Source: Eledone cirrhosa (lineage: Eukaryota). From it: a stretch of DNA of 64,000 nucleotides. The stretch covers positions 93,558,001 to 93,622,000 of the forward strand of contig OZ024740.1 of NCBI GenBank assembly GCA_964016885.1, read 5' to 3'. Position 1 is the stretch's first letter, and every line of letters starts with the position of its first letter. Positions 43,084 through 62,601 of the stretch are shown one piece after another. The notes below the pieces were generated by a model, which was given only the letters and a program-made list of their open reading frames with translations, was not told where the DNA came from and ran no database searches. The position numbers and the translations under genes are program-made.

Positions 43084-43745
43084 ATGACTTTGAGATCTAC
43101 GCATATCTCTGTCAGCCGGGAGGTGCAGGTGAGTCACTGTCATGTTTCGGAAAAACTTGGAGTCAAAGCACAGCAAGTATACTTGGACCCGGAGGGTAGA
43201 CTGAACAGTATTGGAGGTGGAGCCTTCAGGCTGGTGGCCGTTTATGCCTCGACTGGGCAATCACAATCGCGGCCAGACATCTTTAAGCGTCTAGAGTATT
43301 TTCTGGGAACGTCTCGCTACTTGTTTTTAGTTGGGGACTGGAATGGTATCCTAGATGCACGATGGGACTATGGGGAAGCATGTCCCAGTAGAGCGGGGTG
43401 CAACAGCCTCAAAAATCTAATCGGCCAATTCCGACTGGCCGATAGATATCGACTAGATTTCCCGACTGCACCACAGTGGACGTGGACAAACCTCAGCGGG
43501 ACATCTAGATCGTATCTAGATAGATTTTCATTAGATAAAAGGACAAGAGGATGTTAAGCCGTCCACAAATGCACATGTTTGCCTATTCAGATCAAAAACT
43601 AGTCGTCTGCATAGTCAACCGTATTAGAATACATAGACAAGGACCCGGATACTGAAGCTGAACGTGTCGTTGCCTGCACGAAAAGGCTTCAGTGAATGGA
43701 TAAGTAGATTAGTTAAGCAAGAGTTGACGGTAGCCATCGTCAACT
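43084..43745 (+). pseudogene. L1/Tx1-like LINE AP-endonuclease fragment
   Basis: FRLVAVYA, LVGDWNGIL, WTWTN...SYLDRF, then SDQKLV and GPGY*KLN in a shifted frame. Confidence 0.75.
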
Positions 43746-43754
43746 ATTGCTTAA

Positions 43755-44770
43755 CTAATCTACAGGAAATATACCAAATATGATGTAGTAAAACCTAGGC
43801 ATTAGGGAGCAAACCATTTTGTAATCCAGTTTGTATTTAGCGATGGTTTTTAGAAACAAGTGTTTGGAATTAAATATCATATCATGCTGGGAACTTAGAA
43901 GATCCTTTCCGGTCGCAATTTCAATAATATCCGCTAAACTTAGTTCACAGGGGCATCTTTCATTCCGGTATTGAAGGAGGAATTTTAGCACGGCACATTG
44001 TAGTGTATATTCAATATTAGCGTATTTCAGATACCAGATTTTCTTTGCGCGGGCCATAGATCTATCTAAAATTGGCTTTGGAAATAAGAGGCTGTGCGCA
44101 TCTCATATTTTCTTGAAGATATTCGAAGAGGAACCCACATATTTATAAATACCTGGTTTATATTTTACTTCATTGATAAGTGATATTTTGGTACAGTTAG
44201 AGAACGGAAAATTGCTGGAAATTCTCCAGTTGCAGGTTGTCCGTGTATATTGTGTAGTTTCTTCCATGGCTCCTGTATTGCGGGTGTTATTTTTTTGTTG
44301 CTCCGGATGTGCTTTTAAACTGGAAGAGACGTCGGTATTTGTAGGTGCTGTACTGCTAAGTTTTGGAGGCTGCAGATGTTATTGACGGTTCATATCATAT
44401 CTGAGTTTCCGTTGGCTGTTGGTTTTGCCATGACCTGGTGGGGGGGGGGGTATTTGTTGTTCAATTCCATGATTAATTTTCCCAGGTTAGCTGTGGTTGA
44501 ATAGGATTGTCAGATCATGCCTAATTATTATTCAATGGAATTTGTATGTAGGAGGAAATTGTTCGTCTATGAGTTTGAAGAAGAAGTAGGATAGTTTAGT
44601 AGTTATCAGATCATTGTGCGGTGGATTATAACATAGGTATGATCTTTTACGGGACCTCCTTGGGGTTTTCGTATTTGCAATATTATTATTTGTCCCACTA
44701 CTGTGGGGTTTTGAACCTTTGGTATTTATCTTTGCTAATTTTGTGCGGTATGTTTGCGAGGTTTTACTAT
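43755..44770 (-). pseudogene. PLE family 5 remnant (linker and GIY-YIG region)
   Basis: RKRSYLCYNPPHN...FFKLIDEQFPPTYKFH; NIEYTLQCAVLK...YRNERCPCEL; colinear with the family 1 C-terminus. Confidence 0.7.
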
Positions 44771-44887
44771 ATTTATATATAAACACGTACAAGCAAGGTT
44801 ACATACATACACGCATACATGCATGTCATTCACACATGTATACGTTGTACATTCATACGTACATACATACTTACACGTATATATATT

Positions 44888-44924
<37 letters not shown>

Positions 44925-44933
44925 ATATGTGTG

Positions 44934-44965
<32 letters not shown>

Positions 44966-45959
44966 GGTGTGGGTGTGTGTATGTATGTGTGTGTATAGAC
45001 ATACACACGCAACCAGAGGTATACAAGTGTGGGTAGGTGCATGTACCTGTATATGTCTGTACTAAGGGAATCGCCTAAGCTCCAAAGCCCCTAATCTATT
45101 GCTGTGAAGATATATATCACAGCCTACTTTTGTCTAGTCTAAACAATAATGTTTCTTTTATGCAAACACCCACTTTACTGTTCTTTAAAAATAACACCCA
45201 CCTCATTTTATGTCTGCCATATACTTTGATTTGGGTGCCTCTTTTGGATATATATACGCACTTGTGTGTACATACATATATTTACGCATCTGTATGGATT
45301 CGTGTGTGTAGATGTGTGTGTGTGTCTGCGGGGGTAGGTGTGAGTGTATGTACACCTCAACCAACATAAGTATTTTTATATGTAAACTTTCTAAGTATTT
45401 GACTCTAACCATAATTTTTAGTATTGCTACCCCACATAATTTCCTCAATTCAAGAATGACCTGTATTATCTAATTTCATACTATAAACCTCAATTGAATA
45501 TATATCTGACCAGGAATGCTTTTTTTGTGAATATCAGTCATATGGACTATTATCATCTTGCCTGACTGTTTGAACGTTACAACACCACCGACCACTTTGA
45601 AGTCAAATATCAATCCTCCTAGCATTTATAAACTGACCAATGAGAATTAAGATTATTCCTGATGACAAAATTAAATTGTCATTAACAAGCTCATATGCCC
45701 CAAGGCTCTAAAACCATCAAAACCAAAAACCCAGAGCTGGCATATCTAAGAACTTACTCACAGCCTGATAGAGGTCATACCCACACAATGGTTATCATCG
45801 AAATATATATAGCGGTAAATAAAGGATTATGAGTTCATGCAATTGACTTAAGTTTCGTCACTATATATATATATATATATCTTGGGGGTGTAACTTGGAG
45901 TTACTGCAGGTTCACCCGAGTGAGCACTCGATGATTAGGTACACTTCTGTGTTGAGGTG

Positions 45960-51149
<5,190 letters not shown>

Positions 51150-51932
51150 TTTGTATATATGTGTATATATATATATACATAATTTTCGGGCACACAACAT
51201 ATTCCGTCTTCCATTTTCTTGAGTGATAATATGGTGTTTGTTTAAAGTACCACAGACGTTTCAATTGTAATATTGATATTTTCCTGAAAGAACATAATAT
51301 TTTAGATTATTATTTATTATGTAGAATTTGATAATGTTTTTTTTTTATTTCACTTGTATATATTCAGGATTTGATTTTGCCCGACATAATTAAACAGTAG
51401 ATATTAATGTTAATTATGTATTGCAATGTATAAAATTTGTATAATTTTTCTGCCAATCTGCAATGCAAAATTGCATGTTGCACCAATAAAATGATATTAA
51501 TATAATTTTAAATTGAAAAAAATAAAACATATCTGAACTTCTTAGGGGGGATTTTGTTTTGAATTTCAGCTTGTTTAAACATTTGTTATTTACCTTGCAT
51601 ATATTTGAAGCTAACACACGTACAATAATTGAAGACGTTATTTTTTTAAATGTTCAATGTTGATTAGGTTTGCTGAATAATTCTTTTCTTTAAAAATTAG
51701 AGAAGAATTCTAAGTTAAAATTACAGTTGCCGTCTGTATAATTAGTGTAAATTAATGATGAGTCAATTATTTGTTGCTTTGTTTCATCTTTCATCATTTT
51801 TAATATTTTATATTTCTCATTGTCATCATATTATTAATAACAATAACGATTATATATTGTATTATTTTTATATATATGAAATATTCATATTGGTATGGTT
51901 ATTTTGATTTAATATTTTTTTATTCCTTTTAG

Positions 51933-51992
51933 TAGAGCTTTGAACAACATTGAATGTGTTCAGCTCCTAATTAATGAAAACATCTCGACTTT
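51933..51992 (+). CDS. Candidate host-gene exon (C-RALNNIECVQLLINENIST); 3' boundary uncertain
   Basis: Strong acceptor tttttttattccttttag; phase-compatible with 873-973; the donor gttagg is weak. Confidence 0.3.
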
Positions 51993-53319
51993 GTTAGGAT
52001 TAGTTTTATTGCATTTTAATCTAGGAAGCATCGAATATCTAAATTGTATCACCCGTTTTTACTTTTAATTTTATATTGCACACGCATGAAGACAGACAAA
52101 TCACTTTTATGCTGACACGTTTGACAACATGAATTGATAAGCTATAGAATTTCTCTTGTATTTGTATGAATCTTATATTTCATATTTTCTTTTATTTCGT
52201 TGAGCTTAGATATTTGTGAAGATTAAGCATCTACATTATCCGTCCACAGTTAGAAGTAAACATTAAACGCCTAATCCAACATGGTAACAGAACACCCTCT
52301 ATTATATGCTAACATTAATTCATCAGCAATATTTTCAATTTAATTTCATTCAACATACTTTATATTAGGAAGGCCAATTAGCCAATGAATAAATAAAAGA
52401 ATCTGGTGAAATCTCGTTAGGTTTGGCTGTATAGTATATTTCATATTTTATCACGCCGTACCTGCTTTATGTAATGTCTAAATAGTACATGTGATGGGAG
52501 GGTTTCATGATGCAAATAGTCATAGGAAATACCCACTCTCCGCCCCAAAAAAGAAATTCAGTTATAATTACCCATACAAGTGTCTGAATACAGAACATTT
52601 CAGCGAGGAAACAAACACGGCTTTAACCCATTTATGTAATAAACTGTAAATGGCCTGTTCGGCATGTTAAATCCTGTTAAGTTCATCAAAATATAACCGT
52701 TTCTCTACTTCATATGTATATAATATGATTGTCAAATTGATATATATGCATACAGGGTTTGAAATGAAACATCAATTGTTGGAGTACATTTATTATAAGC
52801 AATATGCTAAACGTAATTGTTGAACATTTACAAAAATACAATCGATAAAAGATAATGTACAATAATCTAGTATGACGTACGAAAGTTTAGTTTATTGATT
52901 TTCAGATATTGCAAATTTGACTTGATTATATTTTTGAAATAAATTGCAGGTTGATGACATCATATGGAGTGGACAATTGCAATCTATCAGCTGCATGGAT
53001 ATAGTAATGCCCAGCCATTTTCTTTTACTATCTCTTACATTCATTAATGTTTCAAAACAATTAATATCTACAAATCAGTAATGACACAATATAACGTTCA
53101 TTACTTAAGTTTTATACAAACATATGAAAGTAATGTTTTTTATTTAATTTATTGCAAAGCGTAGACACCACCTTGTGAACAAAACCGTACAATTCTTGTA
53201 ATTTATACTCTTATAAGAACTGTAACAACAATTTATTTTTACTTACATTCCTAATTTCTGAAAATAATCCTATTCCGAATAAGTTCCTTATTATTTTCAA
53301 CTTTGCATGATGGGGGACG

Positions 53320-53446
53320 AAACTGAGCCTTACTACAAACCCGCCGAGATTAACTTTGCCTTTCATCCTTACGGGGTCGATAAAAGAAAGTACCAGTAAT
53401 GTACTGGTTAATTGCTGGCCTTGTGCCTAAAGTAGAAGCAATTATG
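53320..53446 (+). mobile_element. tRNA-derived SINE, 5'-truncated
   Basis: ttaactttgcctttcatccttacggggtcgataaa..aagtaccag...ctggccttgtgcc, shared with the next copy. Confidence 0.75.
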
Positions 53447-53518
53447 TATTGTAGTAAGACTCAGTTTTGTAGTAACTAAATATTTTTTCTGCTTTCATAT
53501 TCGCCTCTATTATTTATC

Positions 53519-53712
53519 GCGGTGGATTGGCAGTATCGGTAGAGGCTCGGAAGCCATGCTTTTCAGCAAAGATTTACGGCCCTTTATGGTCTGAGTTCAA
53601 ATCCCTCCGAGGTTAACTTTGCCTTTCATCCTTACTGGGTCGAACAAATAAAGTACCAGTAATACACTGGGATAATTACTGGTCTTGTGCCAAAAGCAGA
53701 AACAATTATTTA
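53519..53712 (+). mobile_element. tRNA-derived SINE, near full length
   Basis: A-box-like tggcagtatcgg, B-box gagttcaaatcc, conserved central domain gcctttcatcc...gggtcga..aaataaagtacc. Confidence 0.8.
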
Positions 53713-55814
53713 TCACTCTATATTATTGCGCCATTACGAGTCGGACCAATTGCAAAGCATTCATTCCGTTGTAACCGAGACCCCTTGTGTTAGCTGTCAT
53801 AATACAAAGGTCGTGTTTGCATTGAAGAAATGGCCTAGTGATATTTCCACATTTATCATATCTGTTACAATATCATTCGTAAACACCTAGTTTATTTATT
53901 AACAGGCCCATTGCTCGATATTTCTATTGCTATTTCTTTTCTAAAAGCTATTGATTATAATCTAATCACCCAATAGAAATCACATCATCACTTTTTGATT
54001 GCTCGAGCCATCTCTTCCTTAAATCAATGTTAATATTGTCTATGTATGTCCATACGAGAATTCAGCATTAACCTTGTCACTGGTGTGTCCTCCGTATTTT
54101 CAGAATTATGTTTTAAAATAAGGTATTTTGAGTTTTTTCTTCTCATTGACTGTGGGTGTGCGTGTGTATGTTGGGCGTACATATTCATTCTCCTTTTCAC
54201 TGAGACATGTCGACATAGCCGTGACTACGGAATCTTATGTGGATGCCACAGCGATTTTTTTGTGTTTGGAGGAGGAGAGAGAGCCTGGCGGAGACCTGTA
54301 TTTGGAGTTTCTTTGTGTGTTTATGTGAGGCTATGTTTTCTGTTATTTCTCTTGGGGGTGACGTTGATATTGAAACTGATTAAATTAATTTTCATGCTGC
54401 TGTTTTCATAGCTGCACATATTGTCACAGTAGCTATCGCAGTAGTTGTCACAGCCGTGTTAATGCTGTTCGTGCAATTGATTGAGATGTTGTTATTGCTT
54501 TTGTGTTGGTCTTTGGTTTTGATAGTATTGCTGATTCTGCTACTATTGTTTTGATGTTGATGTTGCTGTAGTTGTCACCTATTGTTTAGGTTGAGTTTGT
54601 ATTACTGTTGTTCATTTATGTCCTTGTTTTGTTTTGTACAAAAAACTTTTAAGTGTCTTCTGTCCTCCCAATTAAGACATTTTATTTATTTCTATTTTCA
54701 ACGCTGCTACGTATATTTATTTCGATGGGAGTTTCTCTATATTGTCTCTGTTGGTCCAAGATCAATTATCGCGATTGATTATGTACGTTTTGAGATGGGA
54801 ATGTTAGATTATTTAAACAGAATTTAAAGCAAGATCCGTTAGATTTTAAAACCTGACTTTTCATCTCCGAACATCAACCTGGCATTTATTTTGAAAAGTA
54901 TGTCGGAAAAAAGTTTTAAAATGTAAGTGATATGCGGCCACAGCTAATATTTTCGGCGAGACTTACAATTTTGCGTACAATTTTCCTCTTGCAACATCGT
55001 ATATTTTTTTTATACTGTTCTCTATTTGTATGGTTGTATCACGACTCTGAATTTACAAAATTGGGTAAAAATCAGCGTTTCGAACCCATGCTCTTAAGAT
55101 GTCGCGTAGCCATATTACTTTGTCCACACCACATTAATATTTATCAATTGTTTTATCGTGAGACAATTAATAGTTAAAATTCCCCTTTTCTATTGGAAAG
55201 AATTTCAATCTTGGCACTTGTTGCTATTGCTTTCGTACATATTGGTATTGCTATTGATTTTATTGATGTATGAATAATATTTAAATGTTAAATTGTCGTA
55301 GCTGTAAAGACTGTAGTAGAATTGTATCAGTTATATGCAAAGCAGGGAAGGCATATTTGTAGGATTTTGTCCATTGTTATTGTTGTTGGTGCAGTTGTCA
55401 TTTCTATTCAAATTTGGGCATTTTATTTCTTGGCTTTTTTTATAGCAATTTACAGTATCTATTATTAGCATTTCCAATGGAGGGATTTATTTTTAAGTTT
55501 GAAATGCTGCGATTGCATCATGAGTTTGAAAAATATGTAGAATATGAAAATGAAATAACAAAATATATGAATTTAATTTGAAGAACACTTTTAAACAAAG
55601 AACACGCTGAAAGTGTGGGAAGAATAGAATAAATACCGTACGTATTAGATAATTATAAAAATGAGTTCTACTAACGAAAATGTTTATATAACTTGATATT
55701 ACCCGGTTACTTCACATATGTCATTATGTCTAATTCTCTCGCTCTCTCCCTCTCTTTCTCACTCCCCCTCTCGTTACCCCCCTCTCTATATCTCTCTCTC
55801 GCTCTCTCTCTCTA

Positions 55815-55870
<56 letters not shown>

Positions 55871-55986
55871 CGTGTGAGTGTGTGTGTGTGTGTGTGTCTG
55901 TGTGTGTGTGTTTATGTGTGGGTGTGTATCGGGGATAACCACAGCGAGTACGGTAATCAATACATAGCAGGGTATAAATATTTTAT

Positions 55987-56092
55987 ATAGAAATGGCTTC
56001 TACAGGACTAGAACTGTTTCCTGCAGAGGAAATCATTTCCTGGTGAGTTCCTTCGAATGAAACAGTTTAAGTCCCGTAGAAGCCATTTCTAT
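55987..56092. repeat. Small fold-back with ~34-bp arms and a decayed hammerhead-like core
   Basis: atagaaatggcttctac.ggact..aactgtttc / gaaacagtt..agtcc.gtagaagccatttctat; CTGGTGA-gttc-cttc-gaat-GAAA. Confidence 0.55.
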
Positions 56093-56409
56093 TTTATATT
56101 CCATATTATATTCGGGAGAAATTATCAGTAACCCGACTGTCCACATATTATGGTGGCAGTTATAACATTTCTGGTGGTAGGAGATTGTGGGGATCGCCTC
56201 TCTGTCTGAGGAACGAACTAGAGGTATATTAGTATTGTCAAGGGTCCTGAAACCTTTGGTAACGGAGTTGTTATATATTGTGTTGTTCATTTTCTAATCA
56301 AATAACTATACATAGAGCACTCTTTTTCTTTTGCTTTTTCTTCGGAAACACCTAACACATAACACACACACACACACGCACATACCCCCAACACACACAC
56401 ATACCTCCC

Positions 56410-56459
<50 letters not shown>

Positions 56460-56461
56460 TA

Positions 56462-56560
56462 ATAAAAATAATGAAATAAAAGCAAAGAACAAGTTCCTTC
56501 TATTAAAAAAATTCATCATTTTACGATCGTGCCTGGGATGTATATGTGTGTTGGTATGTA
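56462..56560 (-). mobile_element. Diverged solo 3'-terminal fragment related to PLE family 1
   Basis: Resembles 5965-6070 (aaataatga.ataaaa.caa.gaa.cagttcctt.tattaaa...ttcat.attt.acgatcgt); abuts (TA)n at the equivalent position. Confidence 0.6.
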
Positions 56561-56578
56561 TATCGTTTCATTTTTTCC

Positions 56579-56634
<56 letters not shown>

Positions 56635-57753
56635 GCAAAATAACAGGAAGATATATCTGTAATAATCAGAGCTCTCTTTCTATAGGTCAAGATCGGTATA
56701 AGTTTCTTTCCACAACAAATTCCCAACCATACACGAGGAGGCGTGTTTCAATCAACAGATTTCTGCTCGAGTGAGGGTGTGCTGTACAACGGAAGTGTAT
56801 ATGAGCTGTCTTTTCCTTGCGAATGGCTGTGGACAAAGAAAAAAAAACTCAAGTTACACTGTTGGAAGGGACACAATTGAGTTCATTCTTCGTAAAAGAA
56901 GTCAGGGCCCTTGTAGTAACGTAACATTTAGTTTGAAAGTCGGAGAAAGCAATACAACCAAATCTGAACCTATATTAAGACAAGAACTGTTACGTAATCT
57001 CTGAAAATATATATAACTGTTCTTCGATGCACAGCCGATAATGCAATTGTCCATTTCCATATGACCTAGATTTAGTCAGAACTTTCTATTGAATGGATAA
57101 TTTACGTGTACAACTTTGATTGACCCTAAGTGGCTTGCAAGCTGCGTGGACGATATGATGGTTAAGGAAGCTTTCTGTAAAGTGGCTCTTCCACATACCC
57201 ACATATATTTTAAACTGATGTTTGTTTAGCGTAGCTGTAATTTTAGCCTTATATTCTCTTGCGGTTTTGATACATTGTTGTTCAGGGAGTCATGGTGTTG
57301 ACCTTCTGCATGGGCATCTAGGTAAGAGTGAAGTCTTGGTGTCGGTGATATGGGTTTTCCTATGTTTAGATCATCAATAGCCGAAATTCATCCTGCGTCT
57401 ATTGAAGATAGGTTTGCATTACTGACCTGTGAAGAGGTGTCTTTACAGAAGTGCTAAGAATAATTGAATCAGATAAACGATAATCGTAATACTTATTGAA
57501 ATTGCTATAGTCAAACTATTTAAGATATAGGGAGAAAAATTATATCACTACAAGTAAATATCTTACTCACAGTAATGACATTGCAAAGACAATACGTACA
57601 ACCTGTTTCGTATAATATTAAAATCATTTGAGTATGGTGCCCCCATTCCCTGTTCAGTATCATCCTGTTATCCTATATGGCTGATTTTCACAAAATTAAT
57701 GTATTCAAACATTTTTCCATTCCGGCCGTCCTGTGTTTCTAAATGTATATGTA

Positions 57754-58252
57754 TGTAGCGACGTGGTTAGTCAGTCTGGTCACTACTTCTGATCAGATCC
57801 GAGAATAGCCCTTAGTAGGACTGTCATCGCATACGGTCTGATCAGATCTGAAGATAGCTCTTAAAAATACTGTTGCCGCATATAGCCCTTAAAAGAACTG
57901 TTGAGGATGGACAGACGAAAGCACTAGTTGAAAGGACGGAGCAAGGCGAGATGTAAATTCTATCAGCTATTTATTTTCACATGAAGCGACGATACGAGGT
58001 ACAATGCGTGTGTGAGTGACAAAGCGTAGCAGAGGCGAGGAACAACGATACGCGGGTTGACTCTGCCAAATGTCGACTGGCGAAATGTTTGGAACCACTC
58101 TATTTATACAGAAATAATCGTTTGTTGTTTAGCCGCTGTGTAGGCGTTTATTCTGGTAGCTTCTAAGTGTTCTTTTGTTTCACGGTGAGGTATCTAGCTA
58201 ACAGGTAGATGGCGATGTATATTTCACAGATGTTATTTCCGGTGGCTGTACA
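57754..58252 (-). repeat. 3' LTR; polypurine tract ggcagggggctaa adjacent at 58253-58265
   Basis: Direct repeat of 62602-63098. Confidence 0.93.
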
Positions 58253-59183
58253 TTAGCCCCCTGCCAGCTTTTTTGTTCAACAAAAGAGCGAAATATCGTA
58301 TAGTAATGGGCCAGTGGTGCATTTGTCATGACAATAGCCCCAGGAGTGTCCAGCGCGTTGTGAAATTGTGTGATCATCGAGTACAGGATAGAGTCGATGT
58401 AGAGATGATATGGCAAGTTGTGTGTGTCAGGAAGAGAAAAAAGAAATAAACTATAAAATGACTTTGAACAGATTTATGCAGGCGTGATGAATGAGCCTGT
58501 TGCAATTTGGGTTGAGCTGCCTGTAAATTGCGTGACAAAAAGTCTAACTGGGCAGTGAAGATAACCGTAATGTACGAACTGAATTGCCGTAAGCATGCTG
58601 CCTAAAAGTAATAGTTTGCTTCACAGCATATGCCTTGAGCGAATGCATGTGGTACAAAAATAGCGAGGCATTCTCGAGCTATTGAGTAAATGTGTACGTG
58701 AAAAAAGAAGGCCAGTGTTTAAAGGATGCGATTTGTGAAATGCGTGATCAAAGAGAACACATTTTGTAGTGTAAAAGTTAGAGGGACACAAATAACTATT
58801 GCTACGTGTATGAACCAAAATGTGAAACAAACGTGGTTTTGTAGTGTGCATGAAAAACAGAATATGTACACGCCTTGTATGTATATAAAAATTATGGCAA
58901 TTACACACTCAATGTTACAGAATAAGAAAAATAGAAAATTTTGCAAAACAAGAGAGAGAACAAAAAAGATGTTATACACAATGATATACACAATGTTTGT
59001 TCTTAAGTAGTGTTTGCAATAAATAATGTTCATAATAAATAATGTTCTTCGTGACATGAGCACATGGTCACTAAAAATTGCAATTGTTCAAACAGAAAGT
59101 TCATTGGATTTGAAACTGGAAATAGTAACCAGAAGAAAAAAGGAAATGTTTTGCACGAAGAATGATTAAGAAACTCACATGAG

Positions 59184-62100
59184 GTTAACGGTAATTCACA
59201 TATTGTGCCAACTTAGCGGGCCAATGGACGCGTCGTCCACTTCTCGTGACTCGAGATGAAACAGATGGCTCGCTGGGACAGCAATCTGTTCGAGTTTCTG
59301 GTGTAGAGACTGTAACAGTATCCATGATGGCTTTTTTTAATCTGTCCACGCTGACAGAATTCTGTTTACCATCTAGATCGAGAATAAAATATTTCGGATA
59401 TTTTTTTAGAACAAAATAAGGGCCAGATTATGGAGGTCGAAGATAAGCTGAGATGGTGTCGTTTCGGACGAAAACGTATGTCCAATCTTTAATGTCTGAA
59501 GGTACGTGTGTGGCCGTGTTCTGTTGACGGGTGCTTCCAGGAGCAAGGTGAGACATATATTGTCGACGACGGTGTACGTATGATCCTGGGTCTGGAACAT
59601 CCTGAGGACAGATGGGAGCAACCATCTGACCAGGTAGAACCAGGGTGGTGCCGTACACTAATTCTGCAGGGTGTTTCCGAATTCCTCCTTAACAGTGGGT
59701 CGAATGCCCAGAAGGATGAGTGGTAGGTATTCAAACCAGTGGGTCTGTATATGCTTTTATTGCAGCTTTCAATTGGCGATGGAATCTTTTCACGAGACCA
59801 TTAGCTTGCGGGTGATAAGCTATCGTGCGGATGTGTTTACATCCTAACAGGCGAGTCAGTTCCCTGAAGAGGTGGGAGTCAAACTTGCGTCTTCTGTCCG
59901 TTGTTATCTTCGCTGGGGCGCCATAACCCAGTGTAAAACCAAAGTTTTAGCGACTGTTTCCGCTCAGGCCAACGAGAAAATCGATCTATGCATGTGAGCA
60001 AGTGTGTGTTGTTCTGTGATGGTGATAGAGGTCCGACGATGTCGATATGCACATGATGAAAACGTGCATCAAGTTGCAAGAATGTGCCGAGTGGAGTTTT
60101 GATGTGTCTGTGAACTTTGGCTTTCTGGCAGGCAATGCAGCTCCTGGACCAGTCGCGTACGTCCTTGTTAATGTTAGTCCACACAAAACGAGCAGAGATG
60201 AGTTTCTGTGTAGCCCGGATTCCCGGGTGAGACAAGCAGTGTAAAGCAGAAAAAAATTTGTCGACGATGCATCTGTCGTATGTACGGTCATTCATGACCG
60301 GTAGAAATGTCGCACCAAATTTGTCCCGGAGAAGAAGGAATGGGAACTTGCTGAAACTTGAGCGATTGCGCATCTCGGAGCTTGATAAACTCTTCGTCAT
60401 TATCTTGGTCAGCTGCGATCTTTTGAAGGTCGATGCCTGAGTGCACATGTATTGCGTTCAGCTAGATTCGGGACAGGGCGTCGGCTGCTACGTTATCCGT
60501 TCCCCTGATATGCCGAATATCAGTTGAATATTGAGAGACAAAATCCAGGTGGCGGAGTTCTCTCGGTGAATGTCGATCAGGTTTGGTACGGAACCCATAA
60601 ACTAGTTGTTTATGGTCCGTGTAGATCACGAAATCTGATTCTTCGGGCATGTGCCGAAAATGCTTAACCGAAAGATAGGTTGCCAAGAGTTCGCGGCCAA
60701 AGGTATTGTATTTCGTTTCTGCCGGTTGCAACCACTTAGAAAAGAAGGATAAGGGTTGAGACACGCCGTCGATATGTTGTTGTAAAACGCCTCCAATCCC
60801 CGTTTCTGATGCGTCCACTAGCAGCGAAAGAGGAGCGCCAGACCTGTGGAAAATAAGCATGGAAACGTTTGCCAACATTTCCTTCAGGCGGTTAAAAATG
60901 TTAATTCTTCCTCGTTTAGAGTGATATCTTCGTTTTTGCGAGTCCGGTTACGAAGAAGGTCCGTGAGGAGTCTGGCTGCGTCGGAACATTGAGGGATGAA
61001 ACGCCTATAAAAATTCACCAGACCGAGGAATTCACGCAGTTTCCGAAGTGATGTAGGTGCGGTAAAACCAAGGATAGCTTCCACTTTCTCGGGAAGTGGA
61101 CGGATACCGCCTTTATCGATGATGTGCCCGAGAAAGGACAGTGAAGGAACGCCGAGAAGGCATTTGCTGGGGTTGATGATGATACCGTACTCAGCCAAAC
61201 GTTGGAAAAGGAGATTTAAGTGCTTCTCGTGTTCTTGCTCGGAACTACTTGCTACCAGCAAGTCGTCAATATACGCGTATACGAAGAGTAGATCGCGTAA
61301 CACGGTGTCAATAAACCGCTGAAAAGTGTGTGCAACGTTGCGCAGACCGAACGGCATTCGCAGGAATTCGAATAAACCGAAACGTGTTGGGGGTGCGGCC
61401 TTCGGAATATCTTCAGGTTCCATAGGTATCTGGTTATATGCACGCACCAAATCTATCTTGAAAAAGATGCGTGCGCCTTGCAGAGAGGCAGAACAGTCGT
61501 GCAGGTGAGGTACAGGGTAATTATCGCGCACTGTAGAATTGTTAAGTACACGATAATCCCCACATGGTCACCAGTCATTCTCATTTTTTTTCGGAACAAG
61601 GTGTAGGGTGCAGACCAGTTGCTGGAGGAAGGGCGAATGATTCCGAGGTCCAGCATGTGTTGGAACTCCTGCTTGGTGATTCTCAATCGGTCTGGAGGCA
61701 GTCTCCTTGGTCTGGCAGCTGTGGGTGGTCCTCCTATATCGATGTAGTGCGTGACACTATGCATAATAGGACCATCCTTAAATACCGGGCCAGTGATGTC
61801 TGGGTATTTCTGGAGAATGCCGTTGTACCGCGAAGGCTCTGACTGGCAAATTACAGGGCTCACTGTGAATTGCGTGGTAAATATACCTCTCACAGTGAGG
61901 TTTGTGGAGGTGTCAATAAGCCTCCATTTCTTCATATCCATCAGAAGGTTGAAGTGGTGGACAAAATCGGCTCCTAGGATCGGGGTCGGCAGGTCTGCCA
62001 CGACGAACACGCATTGATAACGCCGCCTCAGGACTAAATTGAGGGTCAGTGATTTTTACCCGAAATTCGGAATTGACGATCGGTTCACTGCCTGCAGAAA

Positions 62101-62230
62101 GGACGGGATTGGATGTCTTTTGCCCGAGATTAGTGAAACAGGTTTAACACTAACCTGGGATTCTGTATCCACGATGTAACGGATGCCTGTTGCCTGGACG
62201 TTAATAACAAAATAGACGACATTTCTTTTC
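59184..62230 (-). pseudogene. pol: Gypsy pol (protease, RT, RNase H, integrase), frameshifted
   Basis: YIVDT (PR), KIDLVRAY / YAYIDDLLVAS (RT), VDAS...ELLA..TDHK..NVAADALSR (RH), HPGIRAT..CIACQK..HIDIVGP (IN), C-terminal TRSGRRV. Confidence 0.92.
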
Positions 62231-62269
62231 AGTACCAGGGATGAACGTCATCGCTAAGCCCAGGGTGGT

Positions 62270-62560
62270 ATTCCGGAAAGAGCACGGGGCTTTGCACATA
62301 GATCCCTGTGCGCCGAAATTTGAGTGATACCAGCAGATGTTTGCCAGGCACACGATTTTGACTGGGACTTCTGGATCTTCGACTGTAGAAAGGCCTAGAT
62401 CGACTGTTGCTGCTTCGCCGGTGTGTTTGAAAGGTCAAGTTCTCTACTTGATTCGAGAGGGCATTAATTTTACCAACCGCTCTCTGACCATAGACCGCAG
62501 CTCTGAAATCTCGGGCTCTGTCGTTGGTTGCGACATGTCCATGTTGGTATCTTCTCAAGT
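62270..62560 (-). pseudogene. gag: Gag C-terminal remnant
   Basis: RS-rich tract followed by CWYHSNFGAQGSMCKAPCSF; only ~360 bp between PBS and protease. Confidence 0.65.
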
Positions 62561-62582
62561 GGTGTCTGGTTGCGCGTTCCAC

Positions 62583-62599
62583 TCACGTCCGGGTTACCA
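62583..62599 (-). promoter_or_regulatory. Primer-binding site, tRNA-Trp-like
   Basis: tggtaacccggacgtga, 2 nt inside the 5' LTR; close to the complement of the tRNA-Trp 3' end recalled as TGGTGACCCCGACGTGA. Confidence 0.75.
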
Positions 62600-62601
62600 C
62601 T

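Noticed and set aside
45760-45815. CTGATAGA...GAAAtatataTA hammerhead-like string
   Set aside because: The core has an extra base, helices are weak and there is a single copy in the window.
52950-53004. Third candidate host exon after ttgcag
   Set aside because: Frame is ambiguous and no recognisable homology; too weak to call.
56760-57460. Possible decayed LINE 3' coding remnant on the minus strand
   Set aside because: Composition hints at old coding sequence, but I could not find a defensible motif.
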